Source of the DNA: the human T2T-CHM13v2.0 reference genome, Homo sapiens
Length of the DNA: 64,000 bases
Reading direction: 5' to 3' (one strand)
NCBI RefSeq assembly: GCF_009914755.1
Contig: NC_060933.1
Shown here: piece by piece, positions 11,323 to 24,181 of the stretch
Position numbering within the stretch: position 1 is the first letter of the stretch
How the letters are laid out: every line of letters starts with the position of its first letter
Position numbers and translations under genes: made by a program
The notes under the pieces: generated by a model
Seen by the model: the letters and a program-made list of their open reading frames with translations, nothing else
Told to the model about the DNA's origin: nothing
Databases searched by the model: none

Positions 11323-12750
11323 GCACACCTATGACACCAAGCTGGGAATCGACAAGTGTGACAACTCCTCCACGTCCCTGAAGATGGGATACACGCAGGG
11401 CGCTCATCAGAGCGGCCAGGCCTTCGGCATGGGCCCACAGATATACGACCCCAGGTACTACTGGGGAGGCCCAGTGGCCCACGGCGCTCCCTCGGGCTCC
11501 GGCCCCTGAATATCTCCCTTACTACCAGGAGGAGACCGGCTACTGAGGCTCCCAGCACGCTCTCTCCACACATGATCTCCCCTCTGGGTGTTTGGGTTCT
11601 TCTGTGTTTTCATCTTTTTTTTTTTTAACCTGTTCAGTGCTGCCAGTCAACCGAGGGTCTGTGAGTGGCAGCGTGGGATCAGGCAGCAGGGATTTTTCCC
11701 CACCTCCCCCTGCTTTGGTTCCTTCTCAGGACTGAGCCACCGGGCTGTGGGGGAAGGGATCAAGGCCGTATCCTGATGCGTGTAGGGTGAAGGTCCCCGC
11801 TGGCACTTCCAGGCTGTAGGCTGAGCTGTGCTGGAGAGAAGAGACCTGGACATGGAGGGAACCGGTCCCTGAAGGTTTCTGGTTGCCTCTCCTCTTCCCC
11901 TTTTCTCAGCCTATCAGTAAGTGGTTTCTGTACCCGCAAAAGTTTCAGGAAGTATTAACAACATAAAAAAAATTTTTTTTCCCCGAGGAATGGGGCGGGG
12001 ACAGTGGAGAGGGTGCTAGGAAGTGTGTCCCCTGGGAGAGGGGGCTCAGCCATGATGCTAAAATATCTCAGGCTCCTGAGCGGCTGGATTTCCCTAGGAC
12101 CCTCAGACCAACAGACCTCAGACCTACGCTGGGGCTCCTTGAGGAAACTGAGGCCCGCACAAGGTAGTGGAATTTTGAGTTGTCAGGGTTAAGCCTGACC
12201 CATCTCCATCCTGCTCCCCCACCTCCGTGGCCCTCAGTAGGGCTTTTTGTTTGTTTTTGTTTTTTTGAGATGTAGTCTCACTCTGTTGCCCAGGCTGAAG
12301 CGCACTGGAGTAATCTCGCCTCACTGCACCTCGGCCTACCGGGCTCAAGCGATTCTCCTGCCTCAGCCTCCAGAGTAGCTGGGACTACAGGCGCCCACCA
12401 CCACGCCTGCCTAAATTTTTTGTATTTTTAGTAGAGACGGGATTTCACCATGTTGGCCAGGCTGGTTTGGAACTCTTTCCCTCATGTGATCCGCCTGTTT
12501 CGTCCTCCCAAAGTGTTGGGATGACAGGCGAGAGCCACCGCGCCCAGGCCCTCAGTAGGTCTTAAGGAGCCCCGGCCCTCCTTCTCCCCTTCCGGGCCTG
12601 ACCAGGTCTACTGCTCTATCTCTCCCGGCCCCAGGCCACGCCAAGTACTGCACAGAGCCCTCCACCCAGGGGCCCTGCGCTATGAGATAATGTGAAATAC
12701 CGACTGTGGACCAAACGCAATAAAACCTCTGTTTTTAAGAAGAAAATGAA
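11323..12750 (+). pseudogene. CNN2P: 5'-truncated processed pseudogene of CNN2 (calponin 2): C-terminal CDS remnant 11323-11546 plus 3'UTR
   Basis: HTYDTKLGIDKCDNSSTSLKMGYTQGAHQSGQAFGMGPQIYDP, then frameshifted PEYLPYYQEETGY*, matches the calponin-2 C-terminus; GC-rich 3'UTR; AATAAA at 12719 then decayed A-tail. Confidence 0.93.
12245..12550 (-). mobile_element. Alu (AluS-type) inside the CNN2P 3'UTR
   Basis: Antisense Alu with TSD CTCAGTAGG(G/T)CTT on both sides. Confidence 0.95.
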
Positions 12751-14629
12751 AAGACTTAAAATTGGCATTTTAAGACTTTACTATATATTATTAAATATAT
12801 ATTAAATATAAATGTTATACAATTTAGCGCCTCTATCTCCCAGTCTCTGGTTAGGAACTTAACTTTCCTAAGCCTCAATTAGTAAACACTTATGGCCTAG
12901 CCACGTTGACCCGCCTCTCTCCTAACATCATCCAGTACATTTCGGAAGCGCATGCAAAACTCTCCCACCTTCTGTTTCAACAGATATGTCAACTGATACA
13001 ATTATACAATAATTGCATAATATTAGATTTAATCTCACAATCACACTCAGCTTGATTACTAACCCTTCTCCTACACCTTGCTCACCTAAATTTATCTACA
13101 TTTTCTATGAATTGAAATAGCTTAGAAATGTATGTTGTCTGTGTATTATAGTGTAAGTTATTGTAATATAGAAATATGGACTTTCTTTAACTCCCATTTG
13201 CTGCCTAGGAAATACCAATATTTTCTAAGCATGGCAAGTGTTTCCAAGCATTCAGAAGTGGAGAGTGTAGGAAATCCACTGCAGAATGAGGTCTGCTCGT
13301 CATCCTCTCAGTCTCAACTGCTCTCCCTCCTTCATCTCTCTCTGTTTCATTGGTGAGTATAGAAGATCAGGCATTTTTATATGAAATGAAAATTGATGGA
13401 ACTAAGGTGTTGATTTGAATATCCAACCGACCTTTTATTGAGTGTCTATTACAAGTTAAATTGTGTTGTAGAGAACAGCTCAGGAAACGAATGCTTGACA
13501 TTGATGTACATAACAGAAATACAAACATGCCATTAAAAAATCAGACCTCTTATGAGCATCCAGATTCTCACGTAAGTTTTGTGAAGCTCTTTCAAAATGA
13601 GAATGTAAAATTTCAAAAAAAACATCATTTTCACAAGTCATTCTTGAGACAGAAAAGTGGAAATAGAAGTTCATATATGGTTGTTTCACTAGCTCTAATC
13701 TTATGTACAGTTTTTAGTCAGTTGACAGCCATATAATTCTTAGTTTTATATACTGATAGTCATTAGAAATTACAAATTTTAAAAAATATTCATGTCTCAT
13801 TCTACGAATCAATGTAAAAATTTCATTCACTTGGTTATATTTCTTCATTTTACCTGGCCTTGACTACTTCTTTCCTGCCCAGCATTAAATTTAATTAATG
13901 TCTAATTTGTTTACTTGGTTTAGTTATTTTGGCCATGTTCAGTACACTTGTTATGAAGCAGGCATGTAGGAATGTTGACAAGTTTATGGTCCTCACTCTT
14001 CCAAATCCCTAATGGCGGCACCCCAACAGACACATACCACAATGTAAACACATACACACACACACAATCCGTGCCCACCCATACTCACCCACGTACACAC
14101 AGACACACACACACACTCCAGTGGATCAACACATAAAACACTCCACAGGCAGGCATCGTACAGCAGGGATCTCTTAGTGCACTACACACTTCTGTAAATT
14201 ATCAGGACTCTTCAATTGAGGTGAGTCTACAGAGATTTCAAAAGCTATTTGAGTGTTAAGCTATCTAACTAGTGGTTGGACACTATTTAAATAATGCATT
14301 AAACACAACTCTTGAGGCTCTGAAGAATTTCTGTGCTTTCCAATTCACCAGGAGTTACAAGGTCCTGAAAACCACAACTGTGTTACATCCTTTAATAGAT
14401 AAAGCAAAGCTGATTTTAATGTGAATATACTTTATAGTTATTTCTATTCCTGTTAATTTTTGTTTGCTTGTAATACACATTTTTATGTAACTGGGAGTAA
14501 GGAACATCTTAGGAAAAAGAAAACAAAAAATAAAATTTCGCTGTTTACACTGTGCCTTGGTCCAGTAACCCTGCACTGCACATATACACTTTAAATTGGT
14601 GCCTTGGGGAACCACTTCGGTATTTCTTT

Positions 14630-15206
14630 TTTTTTTTTCTTTTATGTTGTAAACCTTTCTTGTAAAAATAAACAAAAAACAAAAAAAAGACAAACAAACA
14701 CATTAGACTATGTCAACATGAGGTCAGGATAATCAATATTACTGTCTGAACCTCCACATCTTGTCCCACTGAAAAGGCTTCAGAGATAATTACACTCATG
14801 GAGTTGTTATTTCCTATGGTAATGATGCTTCTTTCTGTAATACTTCCTGAAAGATTTGCTTGAGGCTATTGTACAGATTTAACTGTTTTTCCATAAGTAG
14901 AAGGGGTAATTCTAATGATAAAAATTGTAGTATATAAAACAAATAAACCAGTAACAGAGTTTATCATTATCTAATACTATGTACTGCACACAATTGTATG
15001 TGTACTTTAGTATCACTGAAAGAAGAGCAAATTTGTTTACACCATCATCACCACAAACAGTAGCAATACATTTTGCTACAATGTTAGGTGGCTTACAATA
15101 TCACTGGATGATAGAAATTTTTCAGGGCCATTAGAATCTTATGAGGTCAACATCATACATATATGGTCTGTCATTGACCAAAACATAATTATGTGGCACA
15201 TGAGTG
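14630..15206 (-). mobile_element. Tigger3 (Golem) DNA transposon, one end only
   Basis: Reverse complement of the Tigger3 5' end (...TCTGTCATTGACCAAAACATAATTATGTGGCACATGAGTG) followed by TA; homologous to the copy at 25245. Confidence 0.8.
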
Positions 15207-15784
15207 TATATATCAGATACATCAATCAATATATTCAACATTTCTCCCCTGCTTATCCTAATGATAAAGATGATATAAAATGTAATTTAAAAATATAAGA
15301 AGAAATGGTGTAATGGTCTCTATATTAAAAACTAGAGTTAAATTGTTTAAAAAATTATAAGTAGATGCTAAATACACAGATTGAAATACATTAAATACAT
15401 TAAGAATGTTTGTTCTGTTTCTTATATATTGCTGGTTTTCTGTCATTGAAAGTTTAATTTAGACCTCCTTATTTCATGTAATCACCCCAATAATTTGTCT
15501 TACAAACAATTAACAGAAGTTAACACTATATAACATAGTTGTATATTGTCTTACTCTTACAATGGGATACTTTACTTTTCATGAGGGAAACAGTAAGCTA
15601 TAAAGTTTACACAATCTGAGATGTAGATAAAGATTGATGTGCAAGATTGCTTCTAGATATATCACTTTATAATGGTAACATAAAAAAAGGAAAGTAATGT
15701 GTAAAATATCTTCTAATGCAACCCTTTCCACTCTTCCTGACTCATTGGCCTTTTTTTTTTTTTGACTTCTCACGAATACATTAG

Positions 15785-15960
15785 GAGGCTCCCTCATCCT
15801 CTGGCTTCAGGTTAGGTTCAGCCTGTGGAGAACCCTGTAAGAAGGCAGAAAGGAAGAGGAGAAAAGGGTCATGGTGTTTATTCTGTTGGTCTCTTCCCCA
15901 TGAGGCTGTCTTCCCTACATGTGTCTCTTTACAGAAGGTCACTTTTGTTCTCCAGGTGGT
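15785..15960. mobile_element. ERVL-type LTR fragment (LTR33-like)
   Basis: CCTCTGGCTTCAGGTTAGGTTCAGCC...GGTGTTTATTC resembles the LTR33 core. Confidence 0.45.
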
Positions 15961-16582
15961 CTGATCTTCTACTCCTTCTTTTTCCATGTTTTGTTTTTAT
16001 CCTCACTGAGCGCCAGTTCCAGATTTATTGCTTACAATTCTTTCATGCTCCTTCCTTTGTATGGAAGCATTCCTCAAATTATTCTTAGTTGTATTTACCA
16101 ACTGTTTTCTGTTGAAATTCTGACTAATCCAGAATATAAAACTTTTTAGAGTCCAGTCATTCTTTGCCATGTTCTGTTTCCCCCCATCTCTGTGGCTATG
16201 AAAACATGTATCAAATATTTTACCTGACTCGCAGGAAGGGGAAGTCCCACTGCTTTGCCTGTTTTGGATAGGTAGCATCAGTTAAACTAAACCTTTCATA
16301 AACTACTGATACATCAGTGGTTTCTTGTTACATAGAATGAACAGTATTCACCAGAATAACATCCTGACTAGCAAACACATCAATTGCCACTCGATGTTCT
16401 AAGTGTTATGAGTAAAATAAAAACTGAATAAAGATTTTGCCCTCAGGATGTTTATGTTCTCCTACGTGAGAAAGATAATTAAAAATACAAAATATAATAT
16501 CAATTTTTGAATCATAAGTGTTACGCAGAAAGTGAATTAGGGTAAATTTCCATGCTTGTAGTTTTGCTTATGGTTTACTATT

Positions 16583-17002
16583 TGTATTCATTTTTTAGGA
16601 CTGTCATACAAAATACCACAAACTGGGTAGCTTAAAACATCAAAAGCTTATTCTCTCAGTTTTGGAGGTCAGAAATTCAAAATCAAGATGTTAGCAATAC
16701 CATGCTCCCTCTGAAACCTGAAGGAGAGAATCTTTCTTTACCTCTTGTCTTCAGGTGCCAGTTATCAATTCTTGGCACATTTTTTGGCATGCAACTGCAT
16801 CAGTTTGTGACTCTGTCATCACAGGACATTCTCCCTATATGTATGTATCTCTGTGCCCAATTCTTATAAGGACAGCACTCACCTGACCTCATCTTAACTA
16901 GTGACATCTGCAATAGCTCTATTATCAAATAAGTTCACATTTTAAGGTACTGGAGTTTAGCACTTCATTGTATCTTTTGAACAGACACAATTAAGCTCAT
17001 AT
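16583..17002 (-). mobile_element. MaLR solo LTR (MLT1B/C-type)
   Basis: TGTATT...ATACCACAAACTGGGTAGCTTAAAACA...GGAGGTCAGAAATTCAAAATCAAG. Confidence 0.85.
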
Positions 17003-17639
17003 GTAATAAATATTAGTATTCAAATTAAGTATATCCTACACTTAAAATATACTGATAAAATAATTTGTAATTTCTAAAGACCTCATAATCATACAATCAA
17101 TATTTATAACAGATTTCTCTTCATTTTGTTATCTATAAATCTGTATTTTTGTTTTTAGTTACAACCATGACATCCCCAGAAAGCTTTTCTATACAGAGAA
17201 GTGGCTCTGAAACTGTTATCAACATCTAAACTTTTGTAAAAATTGAAACTATTGTAATTTCAATTTACCTGAAGAATGTTTTCTTTTGATGTATTTGAAC
17301 TGAGTATCCCTGTGATTGACAGGATGAAATGTTTATGAAATAGATCAATATTGCTCATTGTGATATTCATCATTGAATAATTATATTTTTATTTTGTCAA
17401 TTCTGAGTTATTTGGAAACAAAAATCCACAGAATGTTACCTTATATAAATATGTTAATACATTCTTGATTATTAATAAATCTGTTACTACAATGTCATAT
17501 CCTCTCAGTAATAAAAGCATATTTAATTTATGCTTTTATCCATTAGAAAACAGTGAAGCTAGAAATTATTTAAAATTTTCCCCTAAGAAATATGTGGAAA
17601 AAATAAGAAAATTTATATTTTAAAATGAAATTGCATTAA

Positions 17640-18152
17640 GAAGCCAACATTGATGCATTTATTGACTAAAGACCAGAGTTTACATTAGGGTTCACTCTTT
17701 GTATTATACAGTTCCATGGGTTTTGCTAAATGCATGATGTCATGTATCCACCATTACAGAATCATAGATAATAATTTCACTGCCCTAAAAATTCCCTGTG
17801 CTCCACCTACTTATCCCCCACATGCCCAACTCCTGGTAATGACTAAACTTTGCACTAGCTCTATAGTTTCGCCTTTTCTAGAAGATTATATACTTGGACT
17901 CATACAATATGTAGACTTTTCAGACTGGCTTCTTTCACATAGAAATATGCATTCAAATTTCCTCCATGTCTAATCATGACTGGATGGCTTATTTTTTTAC
18001 CCCTGATAATTATGTCATTGTATGGATATAGCAGAGTTTGTTTATCTAATTAAGGAATGATTACCTATTAAAGGATAAGCTGGGTGCTTCTAAGTTTTAG
18101 TAAGTAAGAATATAGCTGCACATGCAATAAACATTTGCATGCAAGTTTCTGT
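17640..18152 (-). mobile_element. L1MC-type LINE-1 3' fragment
   Basis: GTTTACATTAGGGTTCACTCTT...TTTCACTGCCCTAAAAATTCCCTGTGCTCCACCT. Confidence 0.8.
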
Positions 18153-18499
18153 GTAGTACAGTATACCATTTCTTTGTTCTTAAATACTTTTCACTGGTGT
18201 GAACCAATGAGATGCTAACATTGCATTGCTCGTACTTGGTTGGTTTCTAAACTTTACTTACTTTTACAATTTTTAAAGAGAAGTTTCTATTGCCAGTTTT
18301 TTAAAGTGATATGCTCTGCTGGCCTTGACATAACAATACACCATCATTAGCTTTTAAGTCCTTAATATGCTCAAAAAATTAGAGAGCAACTATATCCATG
18401 AACCACCATCTAGATTGCAGGAATTAAAGGGAGAACAAATGTTCATTGAATAGATGCAATTTACCAGGACTTATGCTAAGCATTACAGATCTATAATCT

Positions 18500-18502
<3 letters not shown>

Positions 18503-18592
<90 letters not shown>
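18503..18592. repeat. Compound microsatellite (TA)n(CA)n(TA)n
   Basis: Directly visible. Confidence 0.97.
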
Positions 18593-19270
18593 AGAAAATT
18601 AAGGTGAGAAAGTAATAAACAATGCTAATTAGCTCTGTTTTTAAAAGTAACAATCCAAACTTAAACTCAAATTATTTTTACTGTAAAACCACTGTAGAAA
18701 AATAAAAACAATTAAATTCAGAGTTCTATATTGCATACTAACTGTAAACCACATCATTGTTCAGATTGATTTTTTTAACAGATCAAAACATATTTAATCC
18801 GTTGCATTGAATTTAATGCATTGTGTTGCTACTCCTTATTTTATTTTGTTTTATTTTACTCAATTTTATATTTTATTTTCTTTCTAGTAGAATATTAGCA
18901 GGTACATCTGAATACCAGAATGTAAAGAAAGGAAGAACAGATCCAAATAAATATTTAAAGTAATAATGGCTAAGAATTTTCCAAAATTAACAGCAGATAC
19001 TGAATACAGATTCAAGAAGTGCAGAGAATACCAAGCAGAATAAATGTCAAAAATCTATACTTAGGTATATATTTTTTAAACCAAAGAAAATCAAAGACAG
19101 AGAGACATACTGAAAGGAGCCAAGGGTAAACAAGAAAACTTACCTGTAAATAAATAAGGCTAAGAATTACAGTTGGTTTTTCATTAGATGAAAGCAAGAA
19201 GAGAGTGGGGGGAAATACTTAAAGTGTTGAAAGTGAAACACACAGAGACACACACACCATCTACATTTCT

Positions 19271-19548
19271 TTTCTTTTTTTTTTTTTTTGGAGACTGGAG
19301 TGCAGTGGTGTAATCTTGGCTCACTGCAACCCCCACCTCCTGGGCAAGCAATTTCTCCTGCCTCAGCCTCCCGAGTAGCTAGGACTACAGGTGCATGCCA
19401 TCACACCTGGCTAATTAGTTTTGCATTTTTAGTAGAGACGGGATTTCACTGTATTAGCCAGGATGGTCTCAATCTCCTGACCTCGTGATCTGCTCGCCTC
19501 GGCCTCCCAAAGTGCTGGGATTACAGGTGTGAGCCATCGCATCTGGCC
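19271..19548 (-). mobile_element. Alu (AluS-type) with a small deletion near its 3' end
   Basis: Antisense Alu, TSD CTACATTTCT at 19261 and 19548. Confidence 0.93.
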
Positions 19549-19915
19549 TACATTTCTATATCTAATAGAATTATCCTGCAATAGTGTAGAAGAAATAAAG
19601 ACCTTCTCAGACAAACAAAAACTGAGAAAGTTTATGGTCAGTAGACATGCCTTGCAAGGAATGTTCAAAGAAGTTCCTAGGGAGAAGAAAAAGGGTATAG
19701 GTCAGAAATTGGTCTATATAAAGAAAGGAAGAATATCATAGAAGGAATGAATGAAACTAAAATAAAATGTTTTATTTTCTTATTCTTAATTGACCTAAAA
19801 GATAATATTTTGTTTAAAAGGAATAACTGTAACAATGTATTGAATGAATATAGTATATAAATGAATACATTAAATGGCAGTAGTGTCATAAATAATGGTA
19901 GGAATTGGGATTACT

Positions 19916-20273
19916 TGTATCTTAGTTTGCTCAGGCTTTTATAACAGGATACCATACACTAGGTGGCTTATAATCAACAAAAATGCAGTTTTCAGTTCTG
20001 AGACTGGGAAGTCCAAGGTCAAGCCATGTGCATATTAAGTGTCTGGCAAGGGCTTGTTCATAGAGGATGGGTCACTGGGATTTCACACGGCAGAAGAGCA
20101 AATTAGCTCTCTAGGGTTTCTTTTGTAAAGGCACTAATTCTATCCATAACAGTTTGCCCTCATGACCTAATCACTTCCCACAGACCCATCTCCAAATACT
20201 CTTACCATAGGGATTAGGTTTCAACATACACATTTTGGGGGAATAGGGGAATACAAATATTGAGTCTGTAACA
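19916..20273 (-). mobile_element. MaLR solo LTR (MLT1A-type)
   Basis: TG...CA ends; ACCATACACTAGGTGGCTTATAA, CATGACCTAATCACTTCCCA. Confidence 0.85.
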
Positions 20274-20692
20274 CTCTTGTAAAGTGATATTTGTGTTGAG
20301 TTATTCAAAGTCTTATTTAAAGGTAGATTGAGATTAGTTAAAAATGTGTATTGCAAACTCACATAAATCACTAAAACTGTTCTAAAGTATAACTGACATG
20401 CTAGGAGAGGAAATGTAATGGGATTATTTTAAGTGTCAATTAAAACAATAGAAATAAGAAAAAGAGTGATTGTTGGGAGGCAAAGAATAAATGATATGAA
20501 TAGAAAATAGTTATAAACATAATAAATACCAGCCCAACTTTTTTACCACCCAATAATTACTTTAAATGTGCATGATCTAAATATACCAATTTACAAGACA
20601 GCTGTTGTCAGAGAAAAACAAAATAAGACATCTAGTTAACAATCTTTTTCTTTCTTTATTTAATAAACCTGAACAACATTTTACATCTAATT

Positions 20693-20966
20693 TAATCCCA
20701 GCACTTTGGGAGGCGGAGGCGGGCAGATCACGAGGTCAGGAGATCGAGACCATCCTGGCTAACACGGTGAAACCCCGTCTCTACTAAAAATACAAAAAAA
20801 TTAGCCGGGCGTGGTGGCGGGCACCTGTAGTCCCAGCCACTCGGAGAGGCTGAGACAGGAGAATGGCGTGAACCCGGGAGACGGAGGTTTCAGTGAGCCG
20901 AGATCGCGCCACTGCACTCCAGCCTGGGCAACAGAGCGAGACTCCGTCTCAAAAAAAAAAAGAAAA
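20693..20966 (+). mobile_element. AluY, 5'-truncated
   Basis: AluY diagnostics GAGATCGAGACCATCCTGGCTAACACGG and GAATGGCGTGAACCCGGG. Confidence 0.95.
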
Positions 20967-23050
20967 GTTGATGAGTAATTTTTGTCATATGGAGTTCAGT
21001 GATATTTATAATAAAAATTGCATACCACACAACTGATCAAAGCACAGCATATCCGTGCCACCGTAGTCTTACTTATGGCTACCTGTCCAGAGCTCACTTT
21101 GAAAAGTCACTTCCCTACTGAAATTCATGACACTTATGGAATTGTCAGAATCTATAAAGAATGTATAAGGAATTTTTATAAATTATGAATTACTCTAAGT
21201 AAGATATTTTGTTAAAGCAGCAGGAATGTCCTAAAACACCATGTGATGGGAACAAGAAATGACATCCTTAGTCATAAGCAAAACTTGTTGATGAAATGGC
21301 TAAAAAATAAATATGCCCAACTCAGCATCATTAACAAGGGAAATCTCATAGGTGATAAGGAACAGAACCTGGCCCTAAGGTTTCTAATAGGGCCAAAGTC
21401 TCCCACTTCATGTTTTACTCCTTTGGGTGTCTCTATGCAGTAAACTCACTAGTTTAGGTACTAGGGAACAGTTGGTTTAGAAAGGTCATGCCAAAAGGTC
21501 AATATAAATTTCTTCACTGGCCTTCTTTTAGAGTAATGAGACCTTTCTGTAAAATAAAGATGGTTTTGTTGCATATCCATACAGCAACCTATCATTTATA
21601 GGAGCTATTCTTTCTGCAACATCCATATTAATACCCAGATGAAAAGTGAACCAAAATAAAAATAAGATAAAAAGATGAATGAATTTTTTTTCTTAATTTG
21701 GGCAAAATTACTTCAAAATGTTTACAGTATATACAACATCTCAAAATATGTAATTGGAAAGAAAATTTTACAAACTAAAAATATTTACATTGTGCATGTT
21801 TTGTTTTTTTATTTAGAAATAAAAGCCAAACAGGTACCCAGAGAAGCCAAATACAAGATAATAATTACTTTGAACACTTTTTCATTCAAGCAAATTTCTA
21901 ACTGTGAATGTAGGGTTACAAGTACATTCCAGAAAGTGAAGGTACATTCGGTCTACTAAATTTCTTGGCCATGATTTTCTAAATTTTACTGAACTTGGAA
22001 TCACAGGACTGGGGAATATTCATTGGGGAATATAAAAAGTAGCTTTCTCATTTTTGCAGTGATTTCATATAAAAGAAGAAACATTATTTATATAAAATAT
22101 TTTCTTCACATGAAAATTTGGTTGGTATATCTGTGCTATTTTACCTTTTGCTAGATATATGTTAATAACTTCAGAAAATATAATACGTGACACATTTTGA
22201 TTTATCTTCTGTCTTCATATATCCCAAAGCTTGAGTTAAAATGAAGATAAATCATAAAACACTCAATGATTTTGTATGTTATATTCAAAATAAGGCCACA
22301 TTGATCCAAAATCACTCTGTAGTATTCAGTTACTTAGAGGAGCATGTTAAAGTTTTCATACCCATATAGGATAATCAATTGTAAGAATTTCTGTCATTTG
22401 CCTCAATGGTGGTAACAATGTTTATTTATTAGTAGAATAAAGAGAATTTATTTCCAAGAAATGCAAGAGTTTTATGTATTTTGCATTTAAAAATTAAGTA
22501 CAGTTCAATGAGTGTTTTGATTTAAAAAAATAAAAATGAACAGAATTTTAAACTACACTTATGATGTAGCCATGTGGCCAAAATACTAACAATCTGACTT
22601 AAAATATATCTTCATCTAATTATTCCTTCTGTGCAAAAGATGAATTGGATTTGTTGGGAAGGATGCTTTGAAAGCATGAATTTAATTTTCCTTCTTCCAG
22701 GGTATCTATTTCTTCCATCATTGTAAGTAGGAATTGCTTGCTCACATGCAAAAATGCAAACACTGGTTTTTAAGTGCTATCTGGAAGAAATACTAGAATA
22801 CATATATTCTACATACATATAATATTTACAATACATATTCAAGATATCTATAGATACATAAAAATAAACATTTAATGAAAATTGAAAATATTAGAAAGGC
22901 CTAAGGTACTTCAGGTAGGTAATCTCATTTATTTTTACAGGAAAAGGATATTTCCCAATAACATTAAAGCTTATATAAAATTTGATAATTGGTTAAGTCA
23001 AGCTTCTAATAAGTGGTAAATAAAGATTTACTTGTTAGTATCCATTATAT

Positions 23051-23426
23051 GAGTATTAGTTCATTCTCACACTGCCATGAAGACATACGCAAGACTGGAG
23101 ACTGAGTAATCTATAAAGAAAATAGGTTTAATTGACTCACAGTTCTGGGGAGGCCTCAGAAAACTTACAATCATGGCAGAATGCAAGAGAAGCAGGTACC
23201 TTCTTCACAGGGTGGCAAGACTCAATGAGTGCAACCAGGGGAAATGTCAGATGCTTATAAAACCATCAAATCTCAAGATAACTCGCTCACTATAATGAGA
23301 ACAGCATGGGGGAAACCACCTTCATGATCTACTTACTTCCATCTGGTCCTGCTCTTGACACATGAGGATTATGGAGATTACAATTCAAGGTGATATTTGG
23401 GTGGGGACACAGAGCCAAACCCTACA
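23051..23426 (-). mobile_element. MaLR solo LTR (THE1/MSTA-type)
   Basis: GTATTAGTTCATTCTCACACTGC...GGTTTAATTGACTCACAGTTC...GGGGACACAGAGCCAAACC. Confidence 0.88.
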
Positions 23427-23848
23427 GTATGTATGGTATCCTACTATGTATTGCTTGAATCTACACAATACAGTTCTGTCTCTTCAAATGGATTCCAGCT
23501 GAGGATAGTAAGGAACAAAATTGACACATAATATGTAGAAAATAATGTATCAACAAAATGTATTATATAATAATTTTCTTCATTAAATAATATTTTTTAG
23601 TAAGAATTATGTTAGGTGCTGTAGGAATAAGAGAATAAAACAAGTGTGTATTTTACTCTTTGGAGAAAAGTAATACAAAAAAGAAAGCCAAAACAAAGCA
23701 GAATCAAAGTTGGACCTTCATATAGATATGCATGTAAATATATATGCATTTGTGGACTTTCAAAAAATTTAAAAACATTTTTATTAGAGAAATGATAAAA
23801 CTTTATGATAAAATTGCATTCAATTTGGATTTAGAAAGGGTAAAATTA

Positions 23849-24181
23849 TGTGTCTTAGACCATTTTGTGCTTCTAAAACAGAATACCATAGATTGAGTAA
23901 TTTATAAAGAACAGAAATTTACTTCTTACCATTCTGGTGGCTAGGAAGTCCAAGATCAAGATACCAGGCTCTGAGGTCTTCTTGATGCATCCTCACATGG
24001 TGGAAGGTGGAAGGGGCAAGAGAGAACCAACTCTCTCTGTCAAGACCCTTTATAAGATCACCTCATCCCATTCATGAGAGAGGATCTCTCATGGCCTAAA
24101 CACCTCTTAAAGGCCTGACCTCTTAGGACTATCACATTGGCAACACTTGAATTTTGGAGGAGATTCATTAAAGCCATGTCA
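23849..24181 (-). mobile_element. MaLR solo LTR (MST/MLT1A-type)
   Basis: TGTGTCTTAG...GAATACCATAGATTGAGTAATTTATAAAGAACAGAAATTT. Confidence 0.85.

Larger units (their letters stand above)
18905..20630 (+). mobile_element. Old L1M ORF1 to ORF2-start fragment, interrupted by Alu and MLT1A
   Basis: ORF1 motifs (AKNFPKL, IQEVQRIPSRIN, EIKTFSDKQKLRKF) and ORF2 start ATAATTACTTTAAATGTG. Confidence 0.8.

Noticed and set aside
14355-14700. Apparent third retrocopy 3'UTR (two GTGCCTT miR-124 seed matches, AATAAA and A-rich tail)
   Set aside because: The AATAAA/A-tract region lines up with the A-rich interior of the antisense Tigger3; no TSD and no recognisable parent gene
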